Source: Coriobacteriales bacterium
Lineage (GTDB): Bacteria > Actinomycetota > Coriobacteriia > Coriobacteriales > UBA8131
Direction: 5' to 3'
DNA: 56,024 nt
NCBI GenBank assembly: GCA_031263025.1
Contig: JAISGO010000046.1
Coordinates: forward strand, 1 to 56,024
The notes under the pieces are model-generated. The model was not told the DNA's origin and searched no databases. It was given only the letters and a program-made list of their open reading frames with translations. Shown piece by piece: positions 27,393 to 36,126 of this stretch (its first letter is position 1; every line of letters begins with the position of its first letter). The position numbers and the translations under genes were made by a program.

Positions 27393-28193
27393 TTAATTTT
27401 TTTTACGAGGTCTGGCCTTATGTTCTTTGCGGTCGACCGAGACTTTAACGGGGGTTACGTCTACCATCTCCTCGGCTTTGTGCTCATCCTCGTGTTTGAG
27501 GATAGCACGTGAACCGAATTGCTGGGCCACACCGATGATAGAAGAGACATCCCAATACAAAAGTACGCCAGCCGGGGCCGACCAGCCGATCCAGAGCATC
27601 ACTGCGGTCATTACCAACATCATAATTAGAGTGGACTTCTGCTGGGTTTGGTTGTTGTTCATTAAAAGCATTGGTACAATCATCGAAGCGCCGAAAATCA
27701 AAAGGGAGATCAAATAGGGGAGGAAGGCAATCAGACCGTCGCCGAAACCGCTTGGGTTGGTCATAATCGCCGCAAAGGCGTCACTTGGCTTCAAGCCAAG
27801 GTTGGGCATGATGTTATAGAAAGTCGGTGTAACCCCCGGGGCCAGGGAGCCATTACTTAGCTGCAGCAGGGCATTATAAAGCAGCATGAAGATCGGCATC
27901 TGTAAGATCATCGGTAAGCAACCGGCCAGGGGGTTGAAATGCGCCTCTTTGTATATCCGCTGCATTTCTTCTTGGATGCGGCGCTGGTCTCCGGCATATT
28001 TTTCTTGGATTGCCTTGATCTGTGGTTGCAGCTTCTGCATCTTGTAGCTGGTCCGGAACTGTTTACGGGTGATGGGGTAGATCAACAAGCGGAAAATGAT
28101 CGTGATGATGATGATGGCAAGGCCCCAGTCACCACACCAGCTCTCTACCCACTGGATCGCATCAAAAACCCATTCTGTCAGTACTTGCCACAT
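27393..28193 (-). CDS. yidC: Membrane protein insertase YidC (short Gram-positive type)
   Basis: 266 aa. Motifs ITRKQFRTSYKMQKLQPQIKAIQEKY and NPLAGCLPMILQMPIF, with a basic C-terminal tail. Confidence 0.9.
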   Translation of the reverse strand: MWQVLTEWVFDAIQWVESWCGDWGLAIIIITIIFRLLIYPITRKQFRTSYKMQKLQPQIKAIQEKYAGDQRRIQEEMQRIYKEAHFNPLAGCLPMILQMPIFMLLYNALLQLSNGSLAPGVTPTFYNIMPNLGLKPSDAFAAIMTNPSGFGDGLIAFLPYLISLLIFGASMIVPMLLMNNNQTQQKSTLIMMLVMTAVMLWIGWSAPAGVLLYWDVSSIIGVAQQFGSRAILKHEDEHKAEEMVDVTPVKVSVDRKEHKARPRKKN

Positions 28194-28205
28194 GGCAGCT
28201 CCTTC

Positions 28206-28448
28206 TTATAGCTGATCCGGAACCGGATCATATCCGCCGTGACAGAAGGGGTTGCAACGTATGATACGTTTCAGGCCAAGCCAGCCTCCACGAAGAAGGC
28301 CGAAACGGTTGATGGCGATGCGCGTATATTCCGAGCAGGTCGGCATGAAACGACAGCATGGTCCAAGCGCCGGTGAAATACACCTTTGATAGAACAGCAC
28401 AAGCAACATACCGACTTTGCGCGGCACAACCTTCAAGAAACTTAACAC
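28206..28448 (-). CDS. yidD: Membrane protein insertion efficiency factor YidD
   Basis: [19 protein letters not shown]...[14 protein letters not shown]. Confidence 0.9.
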   Translation of the reverse strand: MLSFLKVVPRKVGMLLVLFYQRCISPALGPCCRFMPTCSEYTRIAINRFGLLRGGWLGLKRIIRCNPFCHGGYDPVPDQL

Positions 28449-28480
28449 AGACCCTTCTTCAGCGTTTATATGCTTTTGTC

Positions 28481-28807
28481 TTAGCTGTATTTTAACTTAT
28501 TCGCAAGTTTGTCGAAAGCGCTACCTAGGTCACGCTGCAGCTCCCCGAAAGGCCGACCAACCGTGTGTTTGGTCGCCAACAACACGACCTCTGCCTTGGG
28601 CAAGGTCTGGAGATCAGCCAAGGCAGCGCGCAAACGCCGTTTCGCCCGGCTTCGTTTTGGTGCACTACCCAAACGTTTGCCAGCAAGGACTGCATGACAA
28701 TATTGATCGGCGGGAGACCAAAAAAGAACAACGCCGGGAGAACTGATCTTCTTCCCGGCGTTAAAAACCTCGTTGATACGCTGTTTGCTCTTAAGCGTTT
28801 TGCGCAT
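28481..28807 (-). CDS. rnpA: Ribonuclease P protein component
   Basis: 108-aa basic protein directly downstream of rpmH. Confidence 0.85.
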   Translation of the reverse strand: MRKTLKSKQRINEVFNAGKKISSPGVVLFWSPADQYCHAVLAGKRLGSAPKRSRAKRRLRAALADLQTLPKAEVVLLATKHTVGRPFGELQRDLGSAFDKLANKLKYS

Positions 28808-28815
28808 GCTCCGCC

Positions 28816-28956
28816 TTAGCCAGCCACAGTCAAACGCTTGCGACCCTTAAGGCGCCGGCGCGCCAAAACCCGACGACCACCCTTGGTTGCCATCCGCGCA
28901 CGAAAGCCATGACACTTCGCACGCTTACGCTTATTTGGTTGATAAGTTCTCTTCAT
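28816..28956 (-). CDS. rpmH: 50S ribosomal protein L34
   Basis: Not in the ORF track because it is under 60 aa. Hand translation: [46 protein letters not shown]. Confidence 0.95.
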   Translation of the reverse strand: MKRTYQPNKRKRAKCHGFRARMATKGGRRVLARRRLKGRKRLTVAG

Positions 28957-28989
28957 CTTCTTCAGTCCTTCTTGCTAATCAGAAAGTAT

Positions 28990-29260
28990 CATTATACACG
29001 ATACTCCGTACCAGGTAGGCATCGTGTTTGTGGCTTTTTAGGAATATCTCACACAAACTCACAAAGAAGCAGGGTAGGTTTTTTACTTTTGAAGATAGTT
29101 TTTCACAGCTGTTAAATTTTTTGTGAGTTTCTTAGAAACTACCTGTATTCATACGTGTTTTCTTTTCGCCATTTTTCAAAATTGTTTCTTTTTATCCAAT
29201 TTCATAGATGTTTCGCAACGTAGATAGGAGAAGTTGTTCGGCAATATCTGTGAATTACTT
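28990..29260. promoter_or_regulatory. oriC-like AT-rich region 1 with a cluster of DnaA-box-like 9-mers
   Basis: TTATACACG 28992-29000; TATCTCACA 29045-29053; AAACTCACA 29055-29063; TTTTTCACA 29099-29107; TGTGAGTTT (rc AAACTCACA) 29122-29130; TTATCCAAT 29192-29200; TGTGAATTA (rc TAATTCACA) 29249-29257. Confidence 0.6.
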
Positions 29261-29283
29261 TGTTAAAAGCCTATAATACTGAA

Positions 29284-30099
29284 ATGCCCCTAGATAGCCC
29301 AAATATTAATATGGTGCCCTCTACTGAAAGTGTCCATTCCGCACGTATTGCCGTATATGACTCGATGTTGGCTGCTCCTCGAGTAGTGGAAATCGAGGAA
29401 AGCGATATTTCAGCTTTCATTGAAAACATTGCTGACACAACTTATCGTTCCGCAAAGGAGCTCGGTGGCCGTCTGCCTTTTACCGTCATCCATGAAATCG
29501 CTGAGAACTTCATCCACGCGCACTTCCTTGAATGTACGGTTTCTATCCTCGAAGGCGGAAACACCATCCGTTTCTCCGACCAAGGCCCTGGCATCAGGAA
29601 AAAAGAACAGGTGCTTGAACCTGGAGTAACCTCGGCCAGTCAAGAGATGAAACGCTATATCAAAGGGGTCGGATCAGGTTTTCCTATCGTTAATGAGTTT
29701 TTACAGACTTCTGGTGGCTATCTCTTGATTGATGACAACGCCGTTTCTGGCGCGGTTATCACCATTGCCCTAACCAGCCAAGCTACTTCATCAAACCATA
29801 CCCATTTAACGGTTTCACCTCACTTACAAGAAAATTCCGGTTTTAGCCTTTCCGCTTCATCTGTTCTTTCCTTAAAAACAAATGAAGTGTCCGCCCTTGA
29901 ATTTATCTACGATAACGCCGTGGCTGGACCTACCGATCTCTCTAGAGCCTTTAAAATCAGCACGGCGACAGCTTTTAGGACCCTAAAAAAATTAGAGAAC
30001 CAAGGATTTATTGAACGTACACCTAATAAAAAAAGAATTATTACGAACTCCGGTGTAAACTATATCGATAATGTCCGATCAAATAAGCACACCTCTTAA
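29284..30099 (+). CDS. GHKL (SpoIIAB/RsbW-like) ATPase domain fused to a C-terminal winged-helix DNA-binding domain
   Basis: N-box-like HEIAENFIHAH, G1 SDQGPGI, G2 GVGSGFPIV, and C-terminal wHTH-like LSRAFKISTATAFRTLKKLENQGFIER. TATAAT at 29272-29277, then 6 nt, then ATG at 29284 (leaderless geometry). The track start is a TTG at 29260. Confidence 0.6.
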   Translation: MPLDSPNINMVPSTESVHSARIAVYDSMLAAPRVVEIEESDISAFIENIADTTYRSAKELGGRLPFTVIHEIAENFIHAHFLECTVSILEGGNTIRFSDQGPGIRKKEQVLEPGVTSASQEMKRYIKGVGSGFPIVNEFLQTSGGYLLIDDNAVSGAVITIALTSQATSSNHTHLTVSPHLQENSGFSLSASSVLSLKTNEVSALEFIYDNAVAGPTDLSRAFKISTATAFRTLKKLENQGFIERTPNKKRIITNSGVNYIDNVRSNKHTS

Positions 30100-31498
30100 A
30101 ACCACCTGGCAGCAAATACTTGATTTGCTCGCAGAAATCGATGAGACTAAATCTTCCCGAGCCCAGGGCATCTTGGCTAATCTACACCCGATTAGCCTTG
30201 AAAACCATATCTTGCTTCTTGGCACTGAATTAGTAATCGCCAAACAATGGACAGAAAAACATTATAAGAAATTTATCACTGACTCCTTACAAATCATCTT
30301 CGGTGAACCTTATGATGTGTCCGTCATCATCGAAAACGAACAGGACTCCCAACAAGCTCAAACGCAGACAACTAATAAAGCCTCCCAGCAAGACACCAGT
30401 ACTTTTTCCACAATCTTTCCTTCTAAAAATAAAGAAGACACAACACCTCCTCTAATCACTAACAAGACTTTTGAGAATTTTGTGGTTGGAGAATCAAACC
30501 GCACCGCCTATGACACTGCCCTCGGCGTTGCTGGCGCGCCAGGCGCTGGACTTAATCCTTTTTTTATTTATGGTCGTTCTGGGCTTGGTAAAACCCATCT
30601 CCTTTTTGCTATATATAATTATATTCGCCGTTATCTACCTCATCTTAAGGTCTGTTATGAGGCTACTATAGACTTTGTCAATGAATATATTGAAGCCGGC
30701 GCTTCACATAGTTACGACCGTTTCCGGCGTAAATATTTTAGTTATGACGTTTTCCTACTTGACGATGTTCAACAACTTGAAGGTAAAGTTGAGACGACGA
30801 ATATGCTCTTCGAACTATTTAACAATTTCATCATGCATAATAAGGCAATCGTTTTAAGCGCTGACCGTTCTCCTTCGGAAATTGATATCGACGAGCGTTA
30901 TACCTCACGTTTTGCAATGGGAATCACAGCAGATATACAAAAGCCAACTTTTGAGATGAAAGTAGCAATCTTCAACAATTTCAAGGATTATTATTGCAAC
31001 ACCCTCCGTATTAATAATTTTAAGCTCGATAATGAAATAATCGAATATATCATCGGCCTCTCTGGGCCGAACATGCGCGAACTTGATAGCGCTGCGATGA
31101 ATTTGGTTTATTTCTATAAGAGTCGGCGTGGTGACCAAAACTATCAAAAATTTGACCTTAAAACGGTTGCTAGTGTGATCAAAGGTTCTTTCTCCCACAC
31201 AAGTAAGGAAATCTCAATCAAGGAGATCCAAAAAGCCGTAGAAAAACATTTTAACGTCACGCATAATGAACTTCTTAGTAAGTCAAAAAAGCATGATATC
31301 TCATCAGCAAGACAAATAGCGATGTATCTGAGTACTGTGCTAACCTCTGCTTCGACTCCAGATATTGGTAATGCTTTTGGCGGCTTTCATCACACTGCGG
31401 TGATGTACGCAAAGAAAAATATTATAAAAAACTATATGAGTAACCCACAGAAAAAGGCGGAGATAGAAAACCTTGTGAGATTATTAAGAAATTCTTAG
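30071..31498 (+). CDS. dnaA: Chromosomal replication initiator protein DnaA
   Basis: AAA+ motifs GRSGLGKTHLL and LLDDVQQL. C-terminal DNA-binding domain: SARQIAMYL...IGNAFGGFHHTAVMYA. Confidence 0.95.
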   Translation: MSDQISTPLKTTWQQILDLLAEIDETKSSRAQGILANLHPISLENHILLLGTELVIAKQWTEKHYKKFITDSLQIIFGEPYDVSVIIENEQDSQQAQTQTTNKASQQDTSTFSTIFPSKNKEDTTPPLITNKTFENFVVGESNRTAYDTALGVAGAPGAGLNPFFIYGRSGLGKTHLLFAIYNYIRRYLPHLKVCYEATIDFVNEYIEAGASHSYDRFRRKYFSYDVFLLDDVQQLEGKVETTNMLFELFNNFIMHNKAIVLSADRSPSEIDIDERYTSRFAMGITADIQKPTFEMKVAIFNNFKDYYCNTLRINNFKLDNEIIEYIIGLSGPNMRELDSAAMNLVYFYKSRRGDQNYQKFDLKTVASVIKGSFSHTSKEISIKEIQKAVEKHFNVTHNELLSKSKKHDISSARQIAMYLSTVLTSASTPDIGNAFGGFHHTAVMYAKKNIIKNYMSNPQKKAEIENLVRLLRNS

Positions 31499-31652
31499 CT
31501 TAAGCCTTTTTGTTTGGGTGTAGCTAAAAAAATCTCACAGATTAAAAAAATATATACGCATAAGTAATGGTTTAGGTTTGATAAAACTCACAATCTCACA
31601 GGACTTATAGTTATTAACTATTATTTATAACTACTTTATAAAAGGAGAGCAG
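31499..31652. promoter_or_regulatory. oriC-like region 2 (dnaA-dnaN spacer) with the same 9-mers and AT-rich unwinding candidates
   Basis: AATCTCACA 31531-31539; AAACTCACA 31584-31592; AATCTCACA 31592-31600. Very AT-rich runs at 31540-31570 and 31603-31645. Confidence 0.6.
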
Positions 31653-32747
31653 ATGAAATTCTCTATTGAAAAGACGGCCTTGTCAAAGGCGCTTAATATT
31701 GTTTCTAAGGGCATCATGGCGAGAGGCGCGATTCCTATCTACAGCGGAATCTATGTTGAGGCTTCAAATGATGGTTTAATCATTAAAACTACCGATCTTG
31801 AAATTTCTATCAAGACTATCGTTTCTGCTAACGTTGAAAGTCTTGGCAAGACCATCGTTCCAGGAAAACTTTTTCTTGATATTATTAAAAGCTTGCCAAA
31901 TGGGGCAGTAACTTTTGAACAAAATAATAACCAAGCAAATGTTCTCACAACCGGCGCGGTTTTTAATCTGCATACGATGAGTGCTGATGATTTTCCTGAA
32001 TTTCCTGCAACAGCCACAGAAAAAACGGTGAGTATCGAAAGCCAGATGTTTAGTCAGGCGGTTAATCGGGTGGTAAAAGCTGTTTCAAAAGACGAAACGC
32101 GTGCTATCCTTAATGGTGTTTGTTTAACGGTTAAGCCCGAGGAAACAAGTTTTGTAGCAACAGATTCTTTTCGGCTTTCTCTTTACTCAATAAAAACAGC
32201 TTCTCAACAAAGTATGAATTTAATCATCCCCGGGGCAGTAATCGAAGAAGTCAGCCGTCTTGCCTTAGAGAATAGCGATACCCTAACTATTGGGGAAGCC
32301 AAGAACCAAATTATTTTCAGCTTTGGTAATACCTCTTTTATCTCACGTAAAATCGAGGGGAATTATCCTGACTATAATAAAATTATTCCAGATACTTCCC
32401 TTACGAGCACTAAAATCAAAACGAAAGATTTTCTTGAAGCCATTAAAAGGGTTTCCATCCTTGCTGCTGAACATACAGCAATACGTATTAAGATAGAGGA
32501 TAACGTACTTACTGCTTTTGCGAATACCCAAGATGTTGGTGAAGCAACCGCAAGTCTTGACTGTGAACAACAGGGGGAGGCCATCGAGATTGGCTTTAAT
32601 CATCAATACATTCTTGATGGGCTTTCAAGTGTTTCTGCTGAGACTTGTGAGTTTGATACCCAAACCCCTGGTAAGCCTGGTGTTCTTAAAGAAGCCGACG
32701 AAAAAACCAGTTTCATCTATTTAATGATGCCGGTCAACCTTAATTAA
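31653..32747 (+). CDS. dnaN: DNA polymerase III beta sliding clamp
   Basis: 364 aa. MKFSIEKTALSKALNIVSKG..., three-domain length, downstream of dnaA, SD AAGGAGAG. Confidence 0.95.
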   Translation: MKFSIEKTALSKALNIVSKGIMARGAIPIYSGIYVEASNDGLIIKTTDLEISIKTIVSANVESLGKTIVPGKLFLDIIKSLPNGAVTFEQNNNQANVLTTGAVFNLHTMSADDFPEFPATATEKTVSIESQMFSQAVNRVVKAVSKDETRAILNGVCLTVKPEETSFVATDSFRLSLYSIKTASQQSMNLIIPGAVIEEVSRLALENSDTLTIGEAKNQIIFSFGNTSFISRKIEGNYPDYNKIIPDTSLTSTKIKTKDFLEAIKRVSILAAEHTAIRIKIEDNVLTAFANTQDVGEATASLDCEQQGEAIEIGFNHQYILDGLSSVSAETCEFDTQTPGKPGVLKEADEKTSFIYLMMPVNLN

Positions 32748-33053
32748 ATGAAAGCCTCCCTACAAGAACAATATGGACTTTTATTAGAGAGTTTAGGTGG
32801 CAAGCAAAGCGCGTCGCGGGTAAAGGCCAAACAAGAGTTTCTCGCTTTATTGCCTTCCCAAAAAAGACAATATATTGATAATGTTGTCTTTATACCAGGC
32901 GAAAAAGGAAAAATAAGGGTCTGGGTGAAAAACTCGCTGATCTCCGCTGATTTAAAAATGCAGGAGCAATACCTTCGTTTTGCTTTAAGTAAGGCATTAA
33001 AGCAGGATATCAAAGGTATATATTTTTCACTTTGTCACAATACGTTACAATAG
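32748..33053 (+). CDS. DUF721/DciA-like small protein (tentative)
   Basis: 101 aa starting at the nucleotide after the dnaN stop. The pattern ...[42 protein letters not shown] resembles DUF721 proteins found near dnaN/recF in Actinobacteria. Assigned from memory of the family only. Confidence 0.45.
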   Translation: MKASLQEQYGLLLESLGGKQSASRVKAKQEFLALLPSQKRQYIDNVVFIPGEKGKIRVWVKNSLISADLKMQEQYLRFALSKALKQDIKGIYFSLCHNTLQ

Positions 33054-33060
33054 TCCACCT

Positions 33061-33148
33061 GGAGAGATGGCAGAGTGGTCGAATGCGGCGGTCTTGAAAA
33101 CCGTTGACCCATAAGGGCCCGGGGGTTCGAATCCCCCTCTCTCCGCCA
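33061..33148 (+). tRNA. tRNA-Ser (anticodon TGA)
   Basis: Acceptor GGAGAGA/TCTCTCC, anticodon loop CTTGAAA, long variable arm, TPsiC GGGGGTTCGAATCCCCC, encoded CCA. Confidence 0.9.
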
Positions 33149-33159
33149 ACGAAGCATCG

Positions 33160-33636
33160 ATGGTAACTATGATACATAATGACCGACACTATATGCAAAA
33201 AGCCCTTGATCAGGCACAAAAAGCCGCTTCAATCGGAGAAGTGCCGGTTGGTGCGGTAGTAGTCTGTGAGGGGCATATCGTCGGGCGTGGATTCAACTTA
33301 CGTGAACACTATCAAGATCCATCTGCTCACGCAGAATTTCGCGCAATCCTACAAGCGGCGCGAAAATTGAAAAGCTGGCGATTACTCGGTTGTGATGTGT
33401 ATGTAAGTCTTGAGCCTTGTTTAATGTGTGCGGGGCTGATGCACCAAGCACGGATACGCACCTGCGTTTTTGCAGCTTGTGATCCAAAAGCAGGTGCTCT
33501 TGGTAGCCTTTATCAAATTCATCAAGACCAGCGTTTAAACCATCGTTTTGATGTGCGCTCCGGCATTCTCGCCGACGAATCTGCCGCGATACTTAAATCT
33601 TTTTTTAGAAAGGCCCGTACTAAGTATGCAAAATGA
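33160..33636 (+). CDS. tadA: tRNA adenosine(34) deaminase
   Basis: Motifs HAEFRAI and PCLMCAG (CDA zinc motifs). Confidence 0.9.
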   Translation: MVTMIHNDRHYMQKALDQAQKAASIGEVPVGAVVVCEGHIVGRGFNLREHYQDPSAHAEFRAILQAARKLKSWRLLGCDVYVSLEPCLMCAGLMHQARIRTCVFAACDPKAGALGSLYQIHQDQRLNHRFDVRSGILADESAAILKSFFRKARTKYAK

Positions 33637-34642
33637 AGTAGTACAACTAGGCGACGGTGGTGGTGGATCGCTAACCGCAAAACTAATTGATCAGATATTC
33701 TTCTCAGCCTATCAAAGCAAATATCTTAATCAAGGTAATGACGCAGCAGATATCGGTATGGACAGCAATCACATCGCTGTTTCCACCGATAGTTTTGTTA
33801 TTACCCCAGCCTTTTTTAACGGTGGGGATATCGGCCACCTCGCAGTCTGTGGAACAGTCAATGATGTTGCAACGAGTGGCGCCTATCCTCGTTATCTCAC
33901 CGTTGCTTTTGTCATTGAAGAGGGTTTTTCCTTGGCTGATTTAAAGAGAATCGCCCAAAGTATCGCAGATACCGCTGCAAAAGCCCAGGTTCAAATAGTC
34001 AGCGGCGACACTAAAGTAGTGGGGCATGGGGAGATAGACGGGATCATCATCAACACCACAGGCATTGGAATCTATCAACGGCCTTATAAGATAGGCGGAC
34101 AAAACCTTCAGCCTGGCGATAAACTGATTCTTTCTGGTACTTTAGGTGACCATGGTATCGCGATCATGGCTGACCGTCTTAAGTTGAGCCAAAAACTCAG
34201 CTCTGATGCCGCACCGCTTAACCTGATGATGCAGGATATTATCAAAGCCGTAGGTGCTTCAGGAGCAGTGAAGACAAAACAAGGCGTTCACGCCTTTCGC
34301 GATCCAACGCGCGGCGGACTTGCTGCGACCTTGAATGAATTCTGTCAGCAGTCAAAAGTCGATATCTATATCGACGAAGAGAAGATACCAGTTAAACCTG
34401 AAGTCGAGGCAATTTGTGAGACCCTTGGTCTTGATATCTTACAAGTCGCGAACGAAGGGAAGATCGTCTGCGCTTGCAGCGCTGAATGCGCGACTGAAAT
34501 ATTGTCATTAATGCCGGCCGATGCAGCCTTGATCGGAGAAGTAACAGAAGGGAAAAAGAACAAGGCATATTTACGCACAGCCTTTGGTTCGACGCGGATT
34601 ATCGACAATCTTGCCGGGGAGCAGCTACCGAGGATTTGCTGA
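33626..34642 (+). CDS. hypE: Hydrogenase maturation protein HypE (carbamoyl dehydratase)
   Basis: From the ATG at 33626: [15 protein letters not shown]... Motifs STDSFVITPAFFNGGDIGHLAVCGTVNDVATSGA, SGDTKVV and DPTRGG, plus the C-terminal PRIC. Colinear with E. coli HypE. Overlaps tadA by 11 nt. Confidence 0.9.
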   Translation: MQNEVVQLGDGGGGSLTAKLIDQIFFSAYQSKYLNQGNDAADIGMDSNHIAVSTDSFVITPAFFNGGDIGHLAVCGTVNDVATSGAYPRYLTVAFVIEEGFSLADLKRIAQSIADTAAKAQVQIVSGDTKVVGHGEIDGIIINTTGIGIYQRPYKIGGQNLQPGDKLILSGTLGDHGIAIMADRLKLSQKLSSDAAPLNLMMQDIIKAVGASGAVKTKQGVHAFRDPTRGGLAATLNEFCQQSKVDIYIDEEKIPVKPEVEAICETLGLDILQVANEGKIVCACSAECATEILSLMPADAALIGEVTEGKKNKAYLRTAFGSTRIIDNLAGEQLPRIC

Positions 34643-34708
34643 AAAAGACAGCGGGGGAGACGGAAGTTTCTTAATAAAGCGAAAGGGGCTTTTAAGTATA
34701 ATCGTAGG

Positions 34709-34795
34709 TAACTTAGGCGGCATGATCTGTCGAACCTGGTCAGGCCTTGACGGGAGCAGCCATAAGATAAGATTATGCGCGCCTAAGCCCTTAGT
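34709..34795 (+). ncRNA. ffs: Signal recognition particle RNA (small bacterial 4.5S type)
   Basis: ACCTGGTCAGGCCTTGACGGGAGCAGCCATAAG matches the conserved helix-8 motif (E. coli ACCAGGUCAGGUCCGGAAGGAAGCAGCCAAGG). The flanks pair: cttaggcggcat with atgcgcgcctaag. TATAAT at 34697-34702. The ends are approximate. Confidence 0.7.
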
Positions 34796-34820
34796 TGGAC
34801 TTGTGTAAACGAAGAGGAAA

Positions 34821-36125
34821 ATGACCCAGCTTCACAACAGCGGTTTTTCACATGAGATAAATCCTCTGACGGCGCCACGGCGTCCGGCGGACTACCATAC
34901 AAAGCCGCAAAAAGAGCCGAAGCTCCCTCCGCTTGGTCGGAAGTCCCACAAAAAGCAGGCCATATCTGTTTTGCTTAGCCTGCTCATTCTGTTACTGATC
35001 GCCATAGGTATCGTGTGGTACCTGAACTTCCGCAGTATCAGCATTAGTGTAGAAGGCAGGCAAATATCCGTGCCGGCCAATACCACTTACGCGAAATTAC
35101 AGAGCGATGGTTATCTTAAAGCCAACAATGGTAACCTCCTCGCGGTAACCGGAACGATTCTGACCAAAGGAGCCGGGGCGTCCTGGCAGGCTTTCGATAA
35201 CGGCGTCTCGGTCAGCGATCTTAACCAGGTGGTACCCGATGGCGCAGTGATTACCTGTAAGAATGGTTCTGATGATACCGAGCCAGTGACGAGTTCGAAC
35301 AGCAAAGTGATTCCTTGGACTTGGCAAATCGCCGGGGGTAACAAGTTCAATTTCTATAATTCGACTCTTCATGTCCTAACTCAAATCGGTAAAGACGGTG
35401 AGGGTGCTACTCAAACCGGCGATATCAGCGGACAGACCGTTGTTGAAAACGAATACATCAAAATGCAGCCACAAATCATGAAGGACATTTCTGCTGAGAC
35501 CAAAGGTAAGGAAAAAGTGGTCTGTCTGACTTATGATGACGGTCCGAGCCCAGACTGGACGCAGAAGATACTTAAGGTCCTCCAACAAAACAAAGTCAAG
35601 GCGACCTTCTTTGAGATCGGTAACGTAGTGAAGAACTACCCCAGCGTCAGCAAAGATGTCGTGACTGCAGGTATGGAACTCTGTTCACATTCCTATAACC
35701 ATTCACCAAGTCATTACCTCAACAAACTAAGTGAAGCGGAAGCCAAGAAAATGGCCGAAGAAGGAGTTGCGGCCATCAAGGACGCGACTGGCGTGACCAC
35801 CACCTATCTGCGTCCACCCGGTGGAAACCTCAATGCAACCGCTATTAAGGGTATCGGTAGTATCATCACCGCCTATATCGGATGGAACATCGATACGGAC
35901 GACTGGCAACGGCCAGGAGCTAACAAGATATACCAAACCGCCCTCAACGGGGTGAAGAAGATCGGATCAGGCTCGGTTATCCTAATGCACGACGGAGGGG
36001 GAGACCGTTCGGAGACCCTTGCCGCCACTAAGAAGCTTATCCCCAAGTTGAAGAAAATGGGCTATAGCTTCATCACCATCGACCAGTTGATAAAGATACG
36101 GAAAAGCGAATTAGGCCTTAAGTAA
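34821..36125 (+). CDS. Membrane-anchored polysaccharide deacetylase (NodB/CE4 family)
   Basis: N-terminal TM. Motifs LTYDDGPS, KATFFEIG, CSHSYNH, YLRPPGG and LMHDGGGDR. Confidence 0.85.
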   Translation: MTQLHNSGFSHEINPLTAPRRPADYHTKPQKEPKLPPLGRKSHKKQAISVLLSLLILLLIAIGIVWYLNFRSISISVEGRQISVPANTTYAKLQSDGYLKANNGNLLAVTGTILTKGAGASWQAFDNGVSVSDLNQVVPDGAVITCKNGSDDTEPVTSSNSKVIPWTWQIAGGNKFNFYNSTLHVLTQIGKDGEGATQTGDISGQTVVENEYIKMQPQIMKDISAETKGKEKVVCLTYDDGPSPDWTQKILKVLQQNKVKATFFEIGNVVKNYPSVSKDVVTAGMELCSHSYNHSPSHYLNKLSEAEAKKMAEEGVAAIKDATGVTTTYLRPPGGNLNATAIKGIGSIITAYIGWNIDTDDWQRPGANKIYQTALNGVKKIGSGSVILMHDGGGDRSETLAATKKLIPKLKKMGYSFITIDQLIKIRKSELGLK

Positions 36126-36126
36126 G

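Noticed and set aside
24500-34700. Interpreting the low-GC block as a typical horizontally acquired genomic island or prophage.
   Set aside because: It contains only core, universally syntenic origin genes and has no integrase, transposase or flanking direct repeats. The edges are gradual and one lies inside parB. I kept it as a compositional finding with alternative explanations.
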